From NCBI GenBank assembly GCA_035084275.1, contig CM068742.1:53878001-53942000 (forward strand): a stretch of 64,000 nucleotides of DNA, given 5' to 3'. Position 1 is the stretch's first letter. Each line of letters opens with the position of its first letter. Positions 62,282-64,000 of this stretch are shown here, piece after piece. Source of the DNA: Hydrolagus colliei. Taxonomy: Eukaryota. Under the pieces are notes generated by a model, which was not told the origin of the DNA, ran no database searches, and saw only the letters and a program-made list of their open reading frames with translations. Both the position numbers and the translations under genes were made by a program.

Positions 62282-64000
62282 TGGACCTGGGGAGCATCAG
62301 GGCACTGCACCCATTTGAGGGCCACCCCCTTGACCTGGTGATCACCTGGGGCCTCACCATTTCGGACATCGCCATCACCGGCAAAGCCATCTTAGAACAC
62401 CACTTCATCTCCCTTAACAGCTCAATACCCCTTTTCCCTACTCAATCCTCTACCATTGCCTACTGCCCTTGAAAATAGTCACATTCCTCTCCCTCTCTGC
62501 TGCCCTAGAGAAGTCTTAACTCCTGCCCCTCTGGCCCTCACTATCTGACCCACCTACTTTGCTCTCTTCTCTCCACAAATCCCTCTCCTCCATCCTCAAT
62601 TTCCTTGCCCCCACCTCACCTCCCGAACCACCTCTTACTCCTGGTAAATCCACCTGGTACATCAGCTATCTCCGATTCCTCAAGGCACAAGTGCAAGCTG
62701 CCGAACGCACCTGGACTAAATCAAAACTAACGGTACATTGGCAGATTTGGCTGGATCACACTAAGACCTACCATTCTGTCCTTGCCTCCGCTAAGTCCTC
62801 CTTCTACTCCAAGTTAATTTTGGAGGCCAAGGATAACCCCAGGCTTTTCTTCTCCACCACAAACCGTCTCCTCTGTCTACCTTCCCATGTCTCACCCATC
62901 CCCTTCTCCAATTCCAGCTGCGAGAGATATTGGACTTCCTCAAATCTAAAATCGAGGGGATCTGTTCAGGCACCTCTAACCTGTCTATCACTACACCCCC
63001 ATTACCTCTTCCTCAGGATCCACCCCGCACCCAGCCCACACACCTTTGATTCTATCTCTCCCTCAGCCATCTCTGCTCTCATTCGGAAAATTAAACCCAT
63101 CACTTGCTCCCTCAAACCCATCCTCATCTCCCTCCTTATCTCCCAGCTCCACCTCCTAGCCCCACTCCTAACTAATATGATCAACCTCTCCCTATCCACT
63201 GGCCCTGTTCCCACCCCTCTAAAAACAGATGTCATAATACCCATCCTAAGAAAACGTTCCCTGGAACCATCACAACTCTCCAGCTACTGCCCCATCTCCA
63301 GCCTCCCATTCCTATCTAAAGCTCTGGAATGAGTCGTTGCGTCCCAGCTCTGCTCCTTTCTCTCTCGCCATTTCCTCTTTGAACCCCTACAATCCAGTTT
63401 CCGTGCTGCCCATAGCACGGAAACATCCCTGGCCAAAGTCTCTAACAACATTATAAATATCTGTGATCAGGGCTCTCTCTACCGCCTTGTCCTCTTCAAC
63501 CTCTCTGCTGCCTTCGACACTGTCAACCATTCCATCCTCCTACACTGCCTCTCTTCCCAGCTCAATCCTCATTGATATGCCCTCGCCTGGTTTGACTGTT
63601 AGCTCCCTCACCATCTCCACTTTGTTGCCACCAATGGCTTCTCCTCTAGCTCCCGCAATGTCACCCGTGACATCCCCCAGGGCTCTGTCCTAGGCTCCCT
63701 ACTTATCAATATCTACATGCTCCCCCTAGATGACATCATCCACAGACATGGGGTCAACTTCCACATGTATGCAGATGCATGGCACCCAGCTCTATCTTTC
63801 TGCCTCTACTCTTGATTCCAGGATCACTCCTGTGCTTACAGACTGTCTGTTAGACATCAAGTCCTGGATGAGAACTAACTTTCTACAGTTGTTAACAATA
63901 CTGAGGTCCTCCTGATTGGCTCAAGTCAGCACCTTCACACATCAGGCACTGGCATCAACCCTTCATAATTGCATCCTAACCAAGCCAGTCAGGAACCTAG
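62282..64000 (+). mobile_element. Degenerate L2 LINE ORF2 (end of APE through RT), runs off the window
   Basis: GHPLDLVITWGL, DNPRLFFSTTNRLL, YCPISSLPFLSKALE, FRAAHSTET, NLSAAFDTVNH, PQGSVLG, HMYAD; stops and frameshifts. Confidence 0.95.

Noticed and set aside
62559-63332. 257-aa ORF as an intact gene
   Set aside because: Fragment of a frameshifted, stop-containing L2 ORF2

Overview
Non-coding, repeat-rich vertebrate DNA, most likely a cartilaginous fish. The tRNA-headed/DeuSINE-tailed SINEs, L2, CR1 and Penelope-type repeats suggest a chimaera such as Callorhinchus (inference). I found no complete protein gene, rRNA, real tRNA or CRISPR array; most listed ORFs are repeat-derived or low-complexity. 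The window holds dozens of SINE copies, L2 and CR1 fragments, and two non-autonomous hAT elements with intact 8-bp TSDs. It also holds three protein fossils visible only by reading across frames: an R2/NeSL-type RLE retrotransposon (minus, ~10.5-13.3 kb), a hAT-Charlie/Buster transposase (~29.0-29.6 kb) and a Penelope GIY-YIG region (~4.85-5.27 kb). Other signals are a TATA-Inr-ATG-donor first-exon candidate at 14.25-14.45 kb, a near-perfect 77-bp-arm hairpin at 1221-1406 and a 104-bp segment duplicated 7.2 kb apart with mostly synonymous differences. I see no convincing new multi-gene system. Family names are from remembered motifs, not database searches, and boundaries of degenerate repeats are approximate.
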